A stretch of 64,000 nt of DNA from a virus (IMGVR_UViG_3300020045_004441:13056-77055); one strand, 5' to 3'; positions 40,207-51,245 are shown, counted from the first letter of the stretch. Notes: generated from the sequence alone by a model not told the origin. Translations and numbers: made by a program.

Positions 40207-40708
40207 TCATTTTGGTTGATTATTAACAATCTCCTTAATATAAACCATCTCAATATCATACTCATCTAAGTCCATGAGACATGTTTGTCCAGAACTAAAA
40301 TGTTTGCGAAATATGGGCAGTCTATCTCTAAGTGATATTTCTCGCCACCATTGCAAAGCTAAGCTTCGTTGATCTAATGTTAATGTTGAATTAGCCATAA
40401 TTCTAGGTTGTATAAATTGTTAATACTTGAGATAGGTGGAATATGAGGGTGTTAGGATAGTCTTATTCAATCACTCAATCATTCAATCACTAATCATTAC
40501 TAAGCGTCACTGAACCTTCGAAGTCTTTGAATGAATCTTCAATCCAGTCCTCTCTGTGATCGCCAATATAATATGATGCATTCTTAAGCCTAGCAACAAC
40601 AACTCCGTCGCGTTTTGACTTAAACAAAACTACATGTGATGACGATGCCATTAGTTTTGGAAATGACTTTGATTGAACATCTGATGTATTATTTACTATT
40701 GATTTCAT
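40207..40708 (-). other. Two small hypothetical CDS (40207-40398, 40490-40708)
   Basis: ORFs in the early region. Confidence 0.5.
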
Positions 40709-41480
40709 AATTAGTTATTTATAAGTTTGGCATGATTATTGTTACGCGCGCGTACATTATCATATAGATATATTTAGTGCAATGCTCCGTGAATACTAAG
40801 AGCATTGCTAATGTCTAATAAGCCACATAGTCTCCTAGAGTCAATGTGGTAATAATGTAACTCATCGCATGGCGCAAGATTTAATTGTTAATATATTGGT
40901 GCTAAATAGCGTCAAACATATCCTTAGACGAACTTGATGTATGCGAATTTATGAAGCATACAACTAGGGAGTCTTATAAGAGTATTATTAATTGTTATTG
41001 CAATACAGGACTATATCCCCTAAATATATGGATATAGATATTAATTATAATAGAAGCGAATATCTAGCTTAAACTCGTCGGCCCGCAGATCATCTGCACT
41101 TAGTTTAATTTAATGCCACTAGTATATATATCGACAACTAGTATTCACTTAATATTAATTCAAGGCTCGATTCTTCCGATGCCCTGGCAATCCAGCTTTA
41201 GCATATGGTGTAACCTTAGCTACCTTAGTGCTACTGAATAACTCTGACTGTACTCCAGCCATAATACGCTTGATTCTACGTGATTGTGATTGCATGATAT
41301 AAATCTTTAGGTATTAATAAATAATGTCTATAATGGCTTGGTATTGTAATAATACAGGCTGCTGCAATGGCTTAATGGCGCTATTATAGTGGTTAGCTAG
41401 CCGATAGCATTTAAGTGCGGTAATCACACCTGTAATATTATATCTATATACAGCACCTTGGTATATATAGATTATTATGT

Positions 41481-41548
41481 CCAACATTGGCACATCAACG
41501 ACTGTTGATATTTAATTATACGATAGCAACCGTATTAACCAATGTTGA
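41481..41548 (-). repeat. 68-nt structured repeat, copy B (three-way junction)
   Basis: 58/68 identical to 41915-41982 with no indels; every difference is compensatory, a wobble, or in a loop. Confidence 0.8.
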
Positions 41549-41615
41549 TCCAGAAATATTATAGAGCCCTCAAGGTGATCAGCATTACGCGTTATTCAAG
41601 GGCTCTATTTAATTC

Positions 41616-41879
41616 TTAGCAAGGAATTGCCCTTACATATTTAACGTCAATGTTTTGGCCGTCTTTGTTGAATGAATACTCAACATCTTCAAAGCGAAGG
41701 TTGCGATCCATTTCAGTGCCAACGATGGCTGCATCAGGTGTTGTTTCAGACTGTATAACGAACTCTCTGCCTTGGCATATGCCAAACAAAGCGTCCATTA
41801 CAATCTCTTGACAACGGATGTTAGAACCGCCTGTGCGAGTCTTAGAAGCTGCTACTTGTAATACTTTAAACTTAGTCAT
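41616..41879 (-). CDS. Hypothetical early protein flanked by the two structured repeats
   Basis: 87-aa ORF; downstream hairpin TAGAGCCCT...AGGGCTCTA at ~41562-41607. Confidence 0.6.
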   Translation of the reverse strand: MTKFKVLQVAASKTRTGGSNIRCQEIVMDALFGICQGREFVIQSETTPDAAIVGTEMDRNLRFEDVEYSFNKDGQNIDVKYVRAIPC

Positions 41880-41914
41880 GATTGTATGTTTTAGATTGTT
41901 AGAGTTCAGTTATG

Positions 41915-41982
41915 TCAACATAGGCACATCAACTACTGTTGATATTTAATTATGCAATAGCAATTGCATTAACCTATGCTGA
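41915..41982 (-). repeat. 68-nt structured repeat, copy A (three-way junction)
   Basis: P1 10 bp, P2 7 bp with UGCU loop, P3 8 bp with AGUA loop; lies 35 nt upstream of the ATG at 41879. Confidence 0.8.
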
Positions 41983-42390
41983 TCTAGTTAGATAGATACT
42001 AGTGGGTGCTAGACTTATGAGTTATCTTACTGCTAGCACACTGTATCATTAGCTGTGTTGTGTTGATATATTATTGGCGCTAATCCCAACAAACAACATC
42101 CGTGACTATACGTGGTCGCACGACAAACCCCATGGACTTACAACATCAGTAAACTGATGAATGCCAAGAGTTAGTGAAGGTGAAAGATCCCCTTGCTGGC
42201 AGCTGATGAGAGCGATAATCTCAAAGACCCAGGGGTGATGCCCAAAGCGATAACGATGAGGGGGATCAGTGTGGTATTATCCCATCCTCTCATTAATATC
42301 CAAATTTTCAGAATTTTTATTATAAAATTTTTCAACTAAATTTTTAGTCATCTGACTATGTTTATAGTCAATTAGCCATGCTAAGATAGA

Positions 42391-42422
42391 TTTGGTAGTG
42401 TCAAAATAATGTTGTATATTTG
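42391..42422 (+). promoter_or_regulatory. Bacteroidota sigma-A type promoter opening the + strand block
   Basis: TTTG-N20-TATATTTG, right after an AT-rich tract (42300-42350) at the strand switch. Confidence 0.75.
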
Positions 42423-42807
42423 TTGATTAATAGCGTGCTCTGCTGGGTATATTGCGTGCAAGACTTTCTCAGTAATTCACTCCGAGTGTTAAATCGTGTA
42501 GGAGTTAGACGTCGGGTTTCTATTAAGGCAAGTTGAGATTAACAGATTGTCCCCGATAGAGCGAAAATGACCTTAAGGTGTTTAATAAAATTGATCGGGT
42601 GTTTGGGGCCATGAGTGATTGGTAAGGATTGACTCAAACCTAGTCTGATTCGTCAGATAGCAGGGATTAAATGATCGTTCTCGATTAGAATTTAGTAAAT
42701 ATTGTAAGGTTAAATCGGACTTTGGCAACACAGTCTCAAGGCGGTACTTAGGTGGCGTATATGAGATGGGTTTGTCTGGATTGAATCATTAATTTAAATT
42801 ATATAAT

Positions 42808-43371
42808 ATGGGTTATCAAAATTACAGTAGAGGTAGAGAAAAGAAAGCTAGAGTATCAAAGTCCATCACTAGGGATTCGATGTTATTATTTAGACAAGAA
42901 GGCATCAAAAAATTACTGGGTATGGTTACGTCAGCAGCAGTAAAGGATTTTATATTGCAGAACGTAAGTAGCAAGAAGGATGACATTATTAATCGTTTTA
43001 GGGTTAATGCTCCAGGACTAGTGCAAAGTGCGGAGGCAAATCGTAATGGAAATATTATTAATGCAACTCCACAGGAAATGAAGATGAAGATTATCATGAA
43101 AGAGCTTGGGGTTGTATATGAATTTCAGAAGGTTTATTATACTGGGATGACATATTATATTGTAGACTTCTTTTTGCCACATTATAACGTCGTAGTTGAA
43201 TTAGATGGATCACAGCATTACGATGGATTTGCTAGGGAATACGATGCACTAAGAACCGAAAATCTATTATATCTACACAAAATTAATAGGGTTATTAGAT
43301 TTGATAATAAGGAGTTGATTGTAGATACTGATATTAAATCTAAACTAACTAAAGAACTTAATATTAAATAA
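42808..43371 (+). CDS. DUF559/Vsr-like endonuclease
   Basis: ATPQE, FQKV, YIVDFF, VVELDGSQH, D..RT..L, VIRFDN.EL. Confidence 0.8.
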   Translation: MGYQNYSRGREKKARVSKSITRDSMLLFRQEGIKKLLGMVTSAAVKDFILQNVSSKKDDIINRFRVNAPGLVQSAEANRNGNIINATPQEMKMKIIMKELGVVYEFQKVYYTGMTYYIVDFFLPHYNVVVELDGSQHYDGFAREYDALRTENLLYLHKINRVIRFDNKELIVDTDIKSKLTKELNIK

Positions 43372-43372
43372 C

Positions 43373-43911
43373 ATGAACACTCCCGAACACTTTATGCTAC
43401 CTGGGTTTGTTGCTTTAAATCAAGCTCGACAGAATTTTGAACAAGCTTTACCTTTATATATAGCCCGTAATGATGACAGCAAGGCCGACTCCTATAATGC
43501 CGACAATGTTAAACGTGCAATAAAACTATTATCTCAGGCTTACGACGAAATTTCTGCAATCTGGGAAAATGACATTAATATATGACAATAGACAACTATT
43601 ACGACAATCTCGATATAGATTCTACTATTATCTGGGAATGTAAAGATTGGCAAATAAATTATTGATTTTACTTTTATATTCAGATTATTGTTTGTACCTT
43701 TGCAACAGAAACTAATAAAGAATATTATATGGAGACTAATGCAAAGGTTAAGTTTGAGAATGATCAGGATTTTACAGATGGTGTTATTTCAATGGGTAAT
43801 ATGCTAGAGACATGGCAGAAAACCTCAGATGAAGGTTATAAACGAGAGTTTACGCTAACACCAAATAGAGAGAGTTTATCTCTAGAGATTTTATTGAAAG
43901 TTACTAAATAG
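43373..43911 (+). other. Small hypothetical CDS (43373-43585, 43729-43911)
   Basis: ORFs; TACCTTTG -7 element at 43695. Confidence 0.5.
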
Positions 43912-43967
43912 ACCTCCCACCTATCTAGATAGTATACTGTGATTCGGCAACTTACGATAGCAGTTTG

Positions 43968-43999
43968 ATCCCTGGCAGATATTCTGTTGGGGATTTTTT
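43968..43999 (+). terminator. Intrinsic terminator
   Basis: ATCCCTGGCAGA-TAT-TCTGTTGGGGAT then TTTTT (12-bp stem with G.U pairs). Confidence 0.7.
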
Positions 44000-44077
44000 A
44001 TTAAAGATAATTAACAAATTTGTATTTTAATATAAATATAGTATGTATCTTTGTATTAAATATTTAATAATAAAAGT

Positions 44078-44758
44078 ATGAGATTTTTAATTCAAACAAT
44101 TGACGGTAAGGTTAAGCACGATTTTAGTTTTACGTTATTACAAGCTATTGATTTTCATAAATGGACTGGCAATGATATTAAATTTAGATTATCAGATGGA
44201 TATATGCCATCTAATTACATCCCGGTTGGTAGTGTAGAATTCGTATCTGAGTATATTAATAAATTTTATGGAGTTATTCCTAAGCCTATTAATATTCCAG
44301 CAGAATTAATTTGTCAAGAATTTTGCGGTAGAAATATTATCAATGGTACTAATCTTGATATAGATGGATTAAGGTTTGTTAAGTCCAATAATAAAATAAA
44401 GTCATTCACAGAAATATGCGATTCGGCCCCAATCGGTAATTATCAAATATCAGACTTAATCAATATACAAAGCGAATATAGATGTTTTATATATAAGCAA
44501 AAATTAGTTGGCATTAATAACTACTCTGGAGATTTTACAATATTCCCAAATATAGATAAGATTAATAAAATGATAGAATCGTTTAAATCTGCTCCAGTTG
44601 CATACACATTAGATGTTGCCATTTACGATGGAGACACTGTTGTAATAGAGGTGCATGATTTCTTTAGTTGTGGATTGTATGGATTCTCAGATTTAAAGAT
44701 ATTGCCGTATATGTTTTCGCAATGGTATTATGAATATATTAGAAAAATAAATAGATAA
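44078..44758 (+). CDS. ATP-grasp protein, R2K/DUF4343-like
   Basis: IPVGSVEFV, PINIP, FVKS..KIK, SEYRCFI, YTLDV, IEVHDFFSCGLYG; TATCTTTG element at 44046. Confidence 0.75.
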   Translation: MRFLIQTIDGKVKHDFSFTLLQAIDFHKWTGNDIKFRLSDGYMPSNYIPVGSVEFVSEYINKFYGVIPKPINIPAELICQEFCGRNIINGTNLDIDGLRFVKSNNKIKSFTEICDSAPIGNYQISDLINIQSEYRCFIYKQKLVGINNYSGDFTIFPNIDKINKMIESFKSAPVAYTLDVAIYDGDTVVIEVHDFFSCGLYGFSDLKILPYMFSQWYYEYIRKINR

Positions 44759-44761
44759 ATC

Positions 44762-44793
44762 CTTGTCAGATTGAATTATAAGTTTTATCTTTG
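44762..44793 (+). promoter_or_regulatory. Bacteroidota-type promoter
   Basis: CTTG-N20-TATCTTTG upstream of the ATG at 44809. Confidence 0.55.
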
Positions 44794-44808
44794 TAGTGTA
44801 ATTAAAAT

Positions 44809-47077
44809 ATGAGAGGTATGATTGCATACAAATTATTTAGAGAGTTAAAGGATGGTTCAATTTCGCCGCTGTTTATTAATAAGAAGTTGAGATTAAAGTT
44901 AAACGAATGGTTAAATGCAGAATCTCATCCAACAAGAGGATTTGCATTCAGACCGGGGTGGCATTGCACAGAAGAGCCAATAGCTCCACATTTAAGTACT
45001 AATGGAAGAGCTTGGTATAAGATTGAAGTTGAAGATTATAAGAAATATAATAGGCCCGAATCTCAAGGTGGGACTTGGGTATTAGCAAATAAAATGAAAA
45101 TATTAAATAGATTATATGAGAGTAATTGAATTAAATGAAGGAGAGATTCCATTTAGGAATGCAGCTGGATATCCAAATATAGGATTGAAGATTGCAAGAT
45201 TAAAGCACAGTGAGACAAATATTGAAATTATAATAGGGTCTGATTTTTTCGTAAAAATTAATAGAAATGGATTTGATTATTTAATTAGAATAGTTGTAAA
45301 AAATTCTACGTTTAGTGAATCTAAATTAACCGATGCTATAAATTCAGTTGTTGCTGAGTCAAATGTTATTGCAGAAAAAACAATGATGTATTATATTATA
45401 GATGAAAATATTTCTGGCGATTTAGGTAATGGATTAGATATAGTAATTTATAAATATAAAAAAAAGTAATTATGCCGAAGTATAGATGCACAAATCAAAC
45501 TTGCTCACAGTATAATGAGATTGAAAATATTAGTGGTACTAGAATTACCATAGTCAACGGAACGGCTTTAGATAGAAACGCCTATTGCAAAATTTGTGGT
45601 GATAAGAGGGAGGTTGTTCGCGAGGAAGGAATGACCATTAATATTGCTGGAACTAATGATCAACGTTTAAGGATGGAGAGATAATAATGAATATAACTAC
45701 TAAATTTGACTTTGGTGACACTGTTTATTTAAAGACTGATCCAGATCAACTAGAAAGGATTGTAACTGGATTTAGTGTTAAACCAAATAGTTTATGCTAC
45801 AGTTTATGTCACTCAACAACCGAGAGTTGGCACTGGGATTTTGAGATAACAAAAGATAGAGATATATTAAAAACAACAACAAATTAATATGACAGAACTT
45901 GAAATTACACAAGATAAATACATTAAGTTACTAGAGAAAGCGTGTAATGATATGGTTGTTCTTGCTAATATAATTGGGTATTTAGGCCCAGATGAAGATG
46001 TTAGACTTGGAATAGATCTTAGAAATAAAATTAAAGAATTAAAACAATATGGCAACTAAAGAAGAATATAATTCAGTACCGGTTGAGTTTTGTAGCAAGG
46101 CAACATGCTGTTCTCTAAACATCAAAGAGGATGAAGATGGCAGTGTTTATTGCGATGACTGTGGTGGAATGAAAGTTAGTAAAGCTCCAATTGTTGAATG
46201 GGAAGAATACTGGATGATGGCACATGGTGAGAAATTACTTAATATTAAGCGCAATGTTGAATAATTGGGAGTTGCAATCAGACGAAGAGCTTACTGTTAT
46301 TTTCAATAAAATATTAGAGGATAAGAAGCTTGGCGATTTCATAACATATATTGGGAATGGAATATATAAAGTTGATTATGGTAATGGCAATATATTATAC
46401 ACTGGAATAAATGGAGTCAATGATATTGAAGCTTCATTAAATAAAGAATTTTTAACTGATGACACAACCACAGAAACCAATTAACACAAATAGAGCGGTC
46501 ATTTCTTGCACAAAGGAAACTCTGTGTGAGCAATGGCTAAGATTTACCAGGGAATTACATGGCCTTTCAGATGGTGAGATTGTATTGGCTGGCAAGTTCC
46601 TAGATAAGCGTATTGAGTTAAAAGAGAAGATTACAGACGATGAATTGCTTGATGAATACTTACAGTCCACTAAGGTCAGACAAGGCGTTAAAGAGGCTGC
46701 AAACGTTAAGAATTCGGCTGTATTTCAGAACATGTTAAGTAGTTTGCGTAAGAAGAAATTCTTTCTAGCTGGGGATAGGATTAACAAAGCATTTATACCA
46801 AACTTAGATGATCCTAGTAAAAAGTATTTTAAGGTTGAAATAATATTTAAGATAGATGGATAAAGTTGACACGATAAAAGATCTAGCAATAGAGTTTGCA
46901 AAACATTTAATGCAGACGAAAGTTTCCAAGGCTAGATATGGTAGTATTGAAAAAACAGAGGTTGACAGTTATGTGCCAAATGAGTATAAACTTATGCACG
47001 GAAATTTAATAAAACATGGAGTTGAAATGTTTGATGAGTTTTACGAGAAGCATTGTAACGACTATTATGCAGAATAA
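44809..47077 (+). other. Run of small hypothetical CDS (44809-45129, 45116-45469, 45472-45684 Zn-ribbon, 45687-45887, 46049-46264 Cys-rich, 46224-46484, 46459-46863, 46856-47077)
   Basis: Coupled + strand ORFs. Confidence 0.6.
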
Positions 47078-47079
47078 CT

Positions 47080-47346
47080 ATGGATAAAGTTTTAACTGGA
47101 ATAGTTGCGGATGTAGCACTGAAATATAATACCAATATTCAGGAGGTAGAGAAAGTGTTAAATATGCCGTATAAGATGATGAGAGAAAATATTCAGGCGT
47201 TAGAGTTAAGAGGACATTTATACGAAGAGATTAAAGATCAGAAACTTAACTTCAACATGCCGATACTGTTTAAGTTACATTTAAATAAATATAAACTAGA
47301 TAAATTTAATTCAAAGAAAGATGACACAGAAAGTACAGAAGATTGA
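47080..47346 (+). CDS. Possible HU/IHF-like DNA-binding protein
   Basis: Helix-helix N-terminus (VADVALKYNTNIQEVEKVL), then FNMPILFKLHL where HU/IHF has a beta strand; weak. Confidence 0.3.
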   Translation: MDKVLTGIVADVALKYNTNIQEVEKVLNMPYKMMRENIQALELRGHLYEEIKDQKLNFNMPILFKLHLNKYKLDKFNSKKDDTESTED

Positions 47347-47689
47347 GGCTTGTTTGCCATTTAACTACATGTTTTTAACTTGCAATAAAAAGAGTAATGT
47401 TAGCAAGAGTGGAATTATAACCAATGCAAAAGATGTTATTGATGTTAGGCAGGATGTAATTAAGGTTGGAGATTCTGTTAGAACATTTAAACCTGGATAT
47501 ACTGTTGAGATAGACCCACGACCATACTTTGTTAAAGACTGGGTAGACCAACAGAGCCCAACAATTAATGAGGAATTGCACAAAAAAACAGTTCGCATTG
47601 CATGGCCAATTGAGGAGGTTGATGGATTTGAGGTAATGGTAGTACCAGATAATCATATTAGATTTTATTGGAAAAATGGATTAGAATAA
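47321..47689 (+). CDS. GroES-like co-chaperonin
   Basis: LPFNYMFL...SKSGII...VIKVGDSVRTFKPGYTV resembles the GroES mobile-loop and strand pattern. Confidence 0.45.
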   Translation: MTQKVQKIEACLPFNYMFLTCNKKSNVSKSGIITNAKDVIDVRQDVIKVGDSVRTFKPGYTVEIDPRPYFVKDWVDQQSPTINEELHKKTVRIAWPIEEVDGFEVMVVPDNHIRFYWKNGLE

Positions 47690-47707
47690 TAATTTAAAAT
47701 AATAATT

Positions 47708-48321
47708 ATGAGTACATTTTTAGAGAGATTGAATGAAGAGGCCAATGATTTGGCTAGTAAAATGTTGAAACTTGGAGATTTCATCGGTAGTGAGAATTTT
47801 GGAAATATAGATGAAGTCCAGCAGATTTTGTTGCAAGTTCAAATTAAGGCAATGGACACATACCTACAGTGCTTAAGAGAACGGCTCTATCAACTAAGCG
47901 AATAACCACTCTTTATATAGTATATTTAGACCAACGCTTATGCGTTTCAACTCAGGCTCCTTAATTGGGGCCTTTGTTGTTTTGATAATTATGCCTATCT
48001 TTGTCTACACAATTTAAGAATAATGAGATGATCTCAAGTAATGAAATAGAATCGTTAGGATTCACTAAGGTAGACGACTGGTCTACAGATGTAACTGACT
48101 CTTATGTATATAGAGTTAATAGATACGATAAGCCTAGAAATACTATCAATCAATATAGATTAGATAGATTAATTGATACAGATTATATGGAGTTGAAGTC
48201 AACACTTCAAAGAGAGACTGATTTTAATATGGCATTGATGTCCTTTAATGGAGAGATGACTACAATTGAAGATTTATTCGATCTATTTGAAATGTTTAGA
48301 GAAAACGCCAGGAAAATTTAA
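47708..48321 (+). other. Hypothetical CDS 47708-47905 and 48001-48321, separated by a terminator-like hairpin (~47953-47985)
   Basis: AGGCTCC-TTAATT-GGGGCCT followed by TTGTTGTTT. Confidence 0.5.
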
Positions 48322-48344
48322 TATTATATATAGGGAATAAAGAT

Positions 48345-48908
48345 ATGCAATTACTGCAATTTAAAAAGGATTCATATGATGTAATATTTACTGAGGAGTG
48401 TACGATGCTTGCTCCATTTAAAAAGATATTAGATCGAGATAAATCTAAAGATAAAGACATTGCAACAAAAGAAATAACCTTCATATGGTTTTACTCTGAC
48501 ATAACAAGTCCTTATCAAAGTATATTAGTAGACGCTGATAGGTGTGAAGAAATTAGACGTGATATTGAACTTCCAGCTAAATGGAAGATTGATTCAGTTA
48601 TACAAGACGCTGTTAAGTTTTATATTGAGAGATCTAAAACTGCTGTATATTATATGTATGAGGCTGCTATGGCTAGTGCGTCTGCGTGTAATGAGATACT
48701 TAAGGATACTAAATCTCTAATAGCTTTGTATGATGATAAAATAGGAGCCTTACAAAAGGTTCTTGGAGCGCTAGAGAAAGTACCAAAAGTTATGGAATCA
48801 TTAAGAAATGTTGAGAAAGAGCTTATCCGTCAGATTGAAGATAAGGAAGGCAAGAAGATTGGAAGCAAATCATTTGCCGTATATGAAGAGGGATTAACAA
48901 TTGACTAA
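48345..48908 (+). CDS. Conserved protein coupled to TerL (candidate small terminase)
   Basis: TAATG overlap with terL; function inferred from position only. Confidence 0.4.
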   Translation: MQLLQFKKDSYDVIFTEECTMLAPFKKILDRDKSKDKDIATKEITFIWFYSDITSPYQSILVDADRCEEIRRDIELPAKWKIDSVIQDAVKFYIERSKTAVYYMYEAAMASASACNEILKDTKSLIALYDDKIGALQKVLGALEKVPKVMESLRNVEKELIRQIEDKEGKKIGSKSFAVYEEGLTID

Positions 48909-51190
48909 TGAGTGAAGAGAAAATAACTAACTATATAAAAGTAAACAAATATCAAACTCCAATTAATGAGGAATTAAAGAATTCTTTATCTAAGGAAGTA
49001 TTCTCGGATTTGCTAGAGTTCTGTGAATCAGTGGGTTTCATTAAATGGCTAATCTCGCCGGAAGAGGTTCGCGGTTTTGCTAAAGATAGAGAGCGAGACG
49101 AATCTGGTAAGATTAAGGTTGATATAACTAAACCTCATATTCTTGAGGATATGGATTTTTTTAGAGAAAGAGCTTTATATCATGAGAAGCATGGTAGATA
49201 TACTCATTTACGGCCCAACCCTAATCCTAAATCAGAATATACAGCCTTTTGGAAGGAAGAGTTGCGTAGATGGAGAGATGGATTAGTTAGACCTAGTGAT
49301 GGAGAGTGGATTCCAGGTGGATATTATTTTTATTTAAACTACAGTCCAATCTGGATAAATGTTGAAGCATCAACTACTGGAGGCAAGAAGAGTCGCGGTA
49401 AGCGTAGTAAACACTTTCCAAATGTGTGGCAAGGTGATTATCTATTCTTTCATTATATAGAGCAAGCTAGAAATAACGGAGCTCACTGTAAATTATTAAA
49501 ATGTCGTGGTGTAGGGTTCAGCTATAAATTAGCATCTCTATCTCCACGTAATATGTATATAGAGCCGGGATTACCAAACTTTCACTTAGCATCTGATAAG
49601 ACATTCTTAGATGGAGAGAAGGGAGTGTTCGGTAAGGTTCTTGACGTCTTAGACTGGATAGCAGATAGTACTCCACTGCCTAAAATGAGGCTTGTTAACG
49701 GTATTAGATCGAGAGAAATACAGTTAGGTTACCAAGATGAGTACGGAGTTAAAAAGGGGCTTAAATCGTCTGTATATGGCATTAGTTTGAAGGACAATCC
49801 AGATAAAGCTCGTGGGGTGCGTGGCCCATTAATTCACTATGAAGAAGATGGATTATTCCCAAATCTGGAGAAAGCTTGGGGTGTTAATAGAAAGGCTGTA
49901 GAGGATGGAGATATTGTTTATGGACTCATGCTTGCCGGTGGTACTGGTGGTACTGAAAACGCTGATTTTGAGGGTTCAGAGAAATTATTTAGAACTCCAT
50001 TAGCTTATAATATATATGGCATTCCAAATGTATTTGATAAAAACTCCAACGGAGAGACTGTTTGTGGATTCTTCTGGGGAGCATATATGAATCGAGCAAA
50101 GTGTTATGATCCAATCAATGGAGAGTCAGATGTAGTTAAAGCTTTAGTTCAGGTTTTAGAAGATAGATTTATCGTAAAATATAATTCATCTGATCCAGGA
50201 GTCATAACACAAAAGCTTGCAGAGGAGTGTATTACTCCATCTGAGGCTGTCATGAGAACGTCTGGAACAATATTTCCAGTAAGTGATTTAAAAGATTATA
50301 GGGATTCTGTTAAGATTCAAGGGGCTAGATTCTTTGATACACATTATGTAGGTAACCTAATATTAAATCAACACAATATAGAATGGAAACCAGATGCAGA
50401 TTTGTATCCAATAAGAAAGTTTCCACTTGGAACAGATAGGCCAGAGGGTGCTTTAGAAATATATGAAATGCCTAAATATGGTGTTGATGGAAAGATAGAT
50501 CCACATCGATATATATCTGGAATTGACCCTGTTGATGACGATGAAGCTAAAACAACATCACTCACATCAATATTTATATTTGATTTATATACAGATCGTA
50601 TAGTAGCCGAATACACAGGTAGAACAAAGTTCGCCAATGATTTCTATGAAATGTGCCGAAGGTTACTTATATTCTATAATGCTAAGGCTAATTACGAAAA
50701 CAACAAGAAAGGTATATTTAATTACTTTGATCAGAAGCGTTGCTTAAATTTATTGTGCGAAACTCCACAGATTCTTAGAGATATGGAATACGTTAAGGGT
50801 TCTGGCTTTGGAAATAAAAGCCTCGGTACTAACGCTACCTTACCAATTAATACGTGGGGTAGAAGACTTCAAAGAGATTACTTGATGAGTAAAGCTTTTA
50901 TGCAGGATGTTGACACTGATGGAAATCAAATTGGCGAAAAACTTAATATGCACACTGTCAGATCAATGGGGTACATAGATGAGCTGATTGCTTGGAACTC
51001 AGATATAAATGCAGATAGAATTTCAGCAATGGGTATGTTGATGATATACAGAGAAGATAGGTTAAAATATATTCAGCAACGTGACAATAAAACAACTGAT
51101 GACGATTACGATGAATATATAGATAAGAATTTTCAGAATGCATATCAAGGGCAAAACAGCTATGGAGTATCTGCATCGTCAGATTGGTAG
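48908..51190 (+). CDS. terL: Terminase large subunit
   Basis: LKCRGVGFSY (Walker A), ARGVRGPLIHYEEDG (Walker B), GTGG coupling motif, nuclease SGIDPVD, YENN, NADRISAMG. Confidence 0.9.
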   Translation: MSEEKITNYIKVNKYQTPINEELKNSLSKEVFSDLLEFCESVGFIKWLISPEEVRGFAKDRERDESGKIKVDITKPHILEDMDFFRERALYHEKHGRYTHLRPNPNPKSEYTAFWKEELRRWRDGLVRPSDGEWIPGGYYFYLNYSPIWINVEASTTGGKKSRGKRSKHFPNVWQGDYLFFHYIEQARNNGAHCKLLKCRGVGFSYKLASLSPRNMYIEPGLPNFHLASDKTFLDGEKGVFGKVLDVLDWIADSTPLPKMRLVNGIRSREIQLGYQDEYGVKKGLKSSVYGISLKDNPDKARGVRGPLIHYEEDGLFPNLEKAWGVNRKAVEDGDIVYGLMLAGGTGGTENADFEGSEKLFRTPLAYNIYGIPNVFDKNSNGETVCGFFWGAYMNRAKCYDPINGESDVVKALVQVLEDRFIVKYNSSDPGVITQKLAEECITPSEAVMRTSGTIFPVSDLKDYRDSVKIQGARFFDTHYVGNLILNQHNIEWKPDADLYPIRKFPLGTDRPEGALEIYEMPKYGVDGKIDPHRYISGIDPVDDDEAKTTSLTSIFIFDLYTDRIVAEYTGRTKFANDFYEMCRRLLIFYNAKANYENNKKGIFNYFDQKRCLNLLCETPQILRDMEYVKGSGFGNKSLGTNATLPINTWGRRLQRDYLMSKAFMQDVDTDGNQIGEKLNMHTVRSMGYIDELIAWNSDINADRISAMGMLMIYREDRLKYIQQRDNKTTDDDYDEYIDKNFQNAYQGQNSYGVSASSDW

Positions 51191-51245
51191 ATAGAAGAGC
51201 CAATCTTATTTAACTAAATTTGTAAACTTATATAAGTAATAATAT

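Noticed and set aside
41481-41982. Purine riboswitch or hammerhead identity for the 68-nt repeat
   Set aside because: The three-way topology is similar, but the junction and loop nucleotides do not match either consensus.
42200-42232. Hammerhead-like CTGATGA-GAG...CTC-AAAG
   Set aside because: The required GAAA after stem II is missing (G12 absent), and no convincing stems I/III or cleavage triplet are present.
11236-51190. Inteins or group I introns in nrdJ, helicase, primase or terL
   Set aside because: ORFs are continuous and of expected length with no intein motifs; the endonucleases are free-standing between genes.
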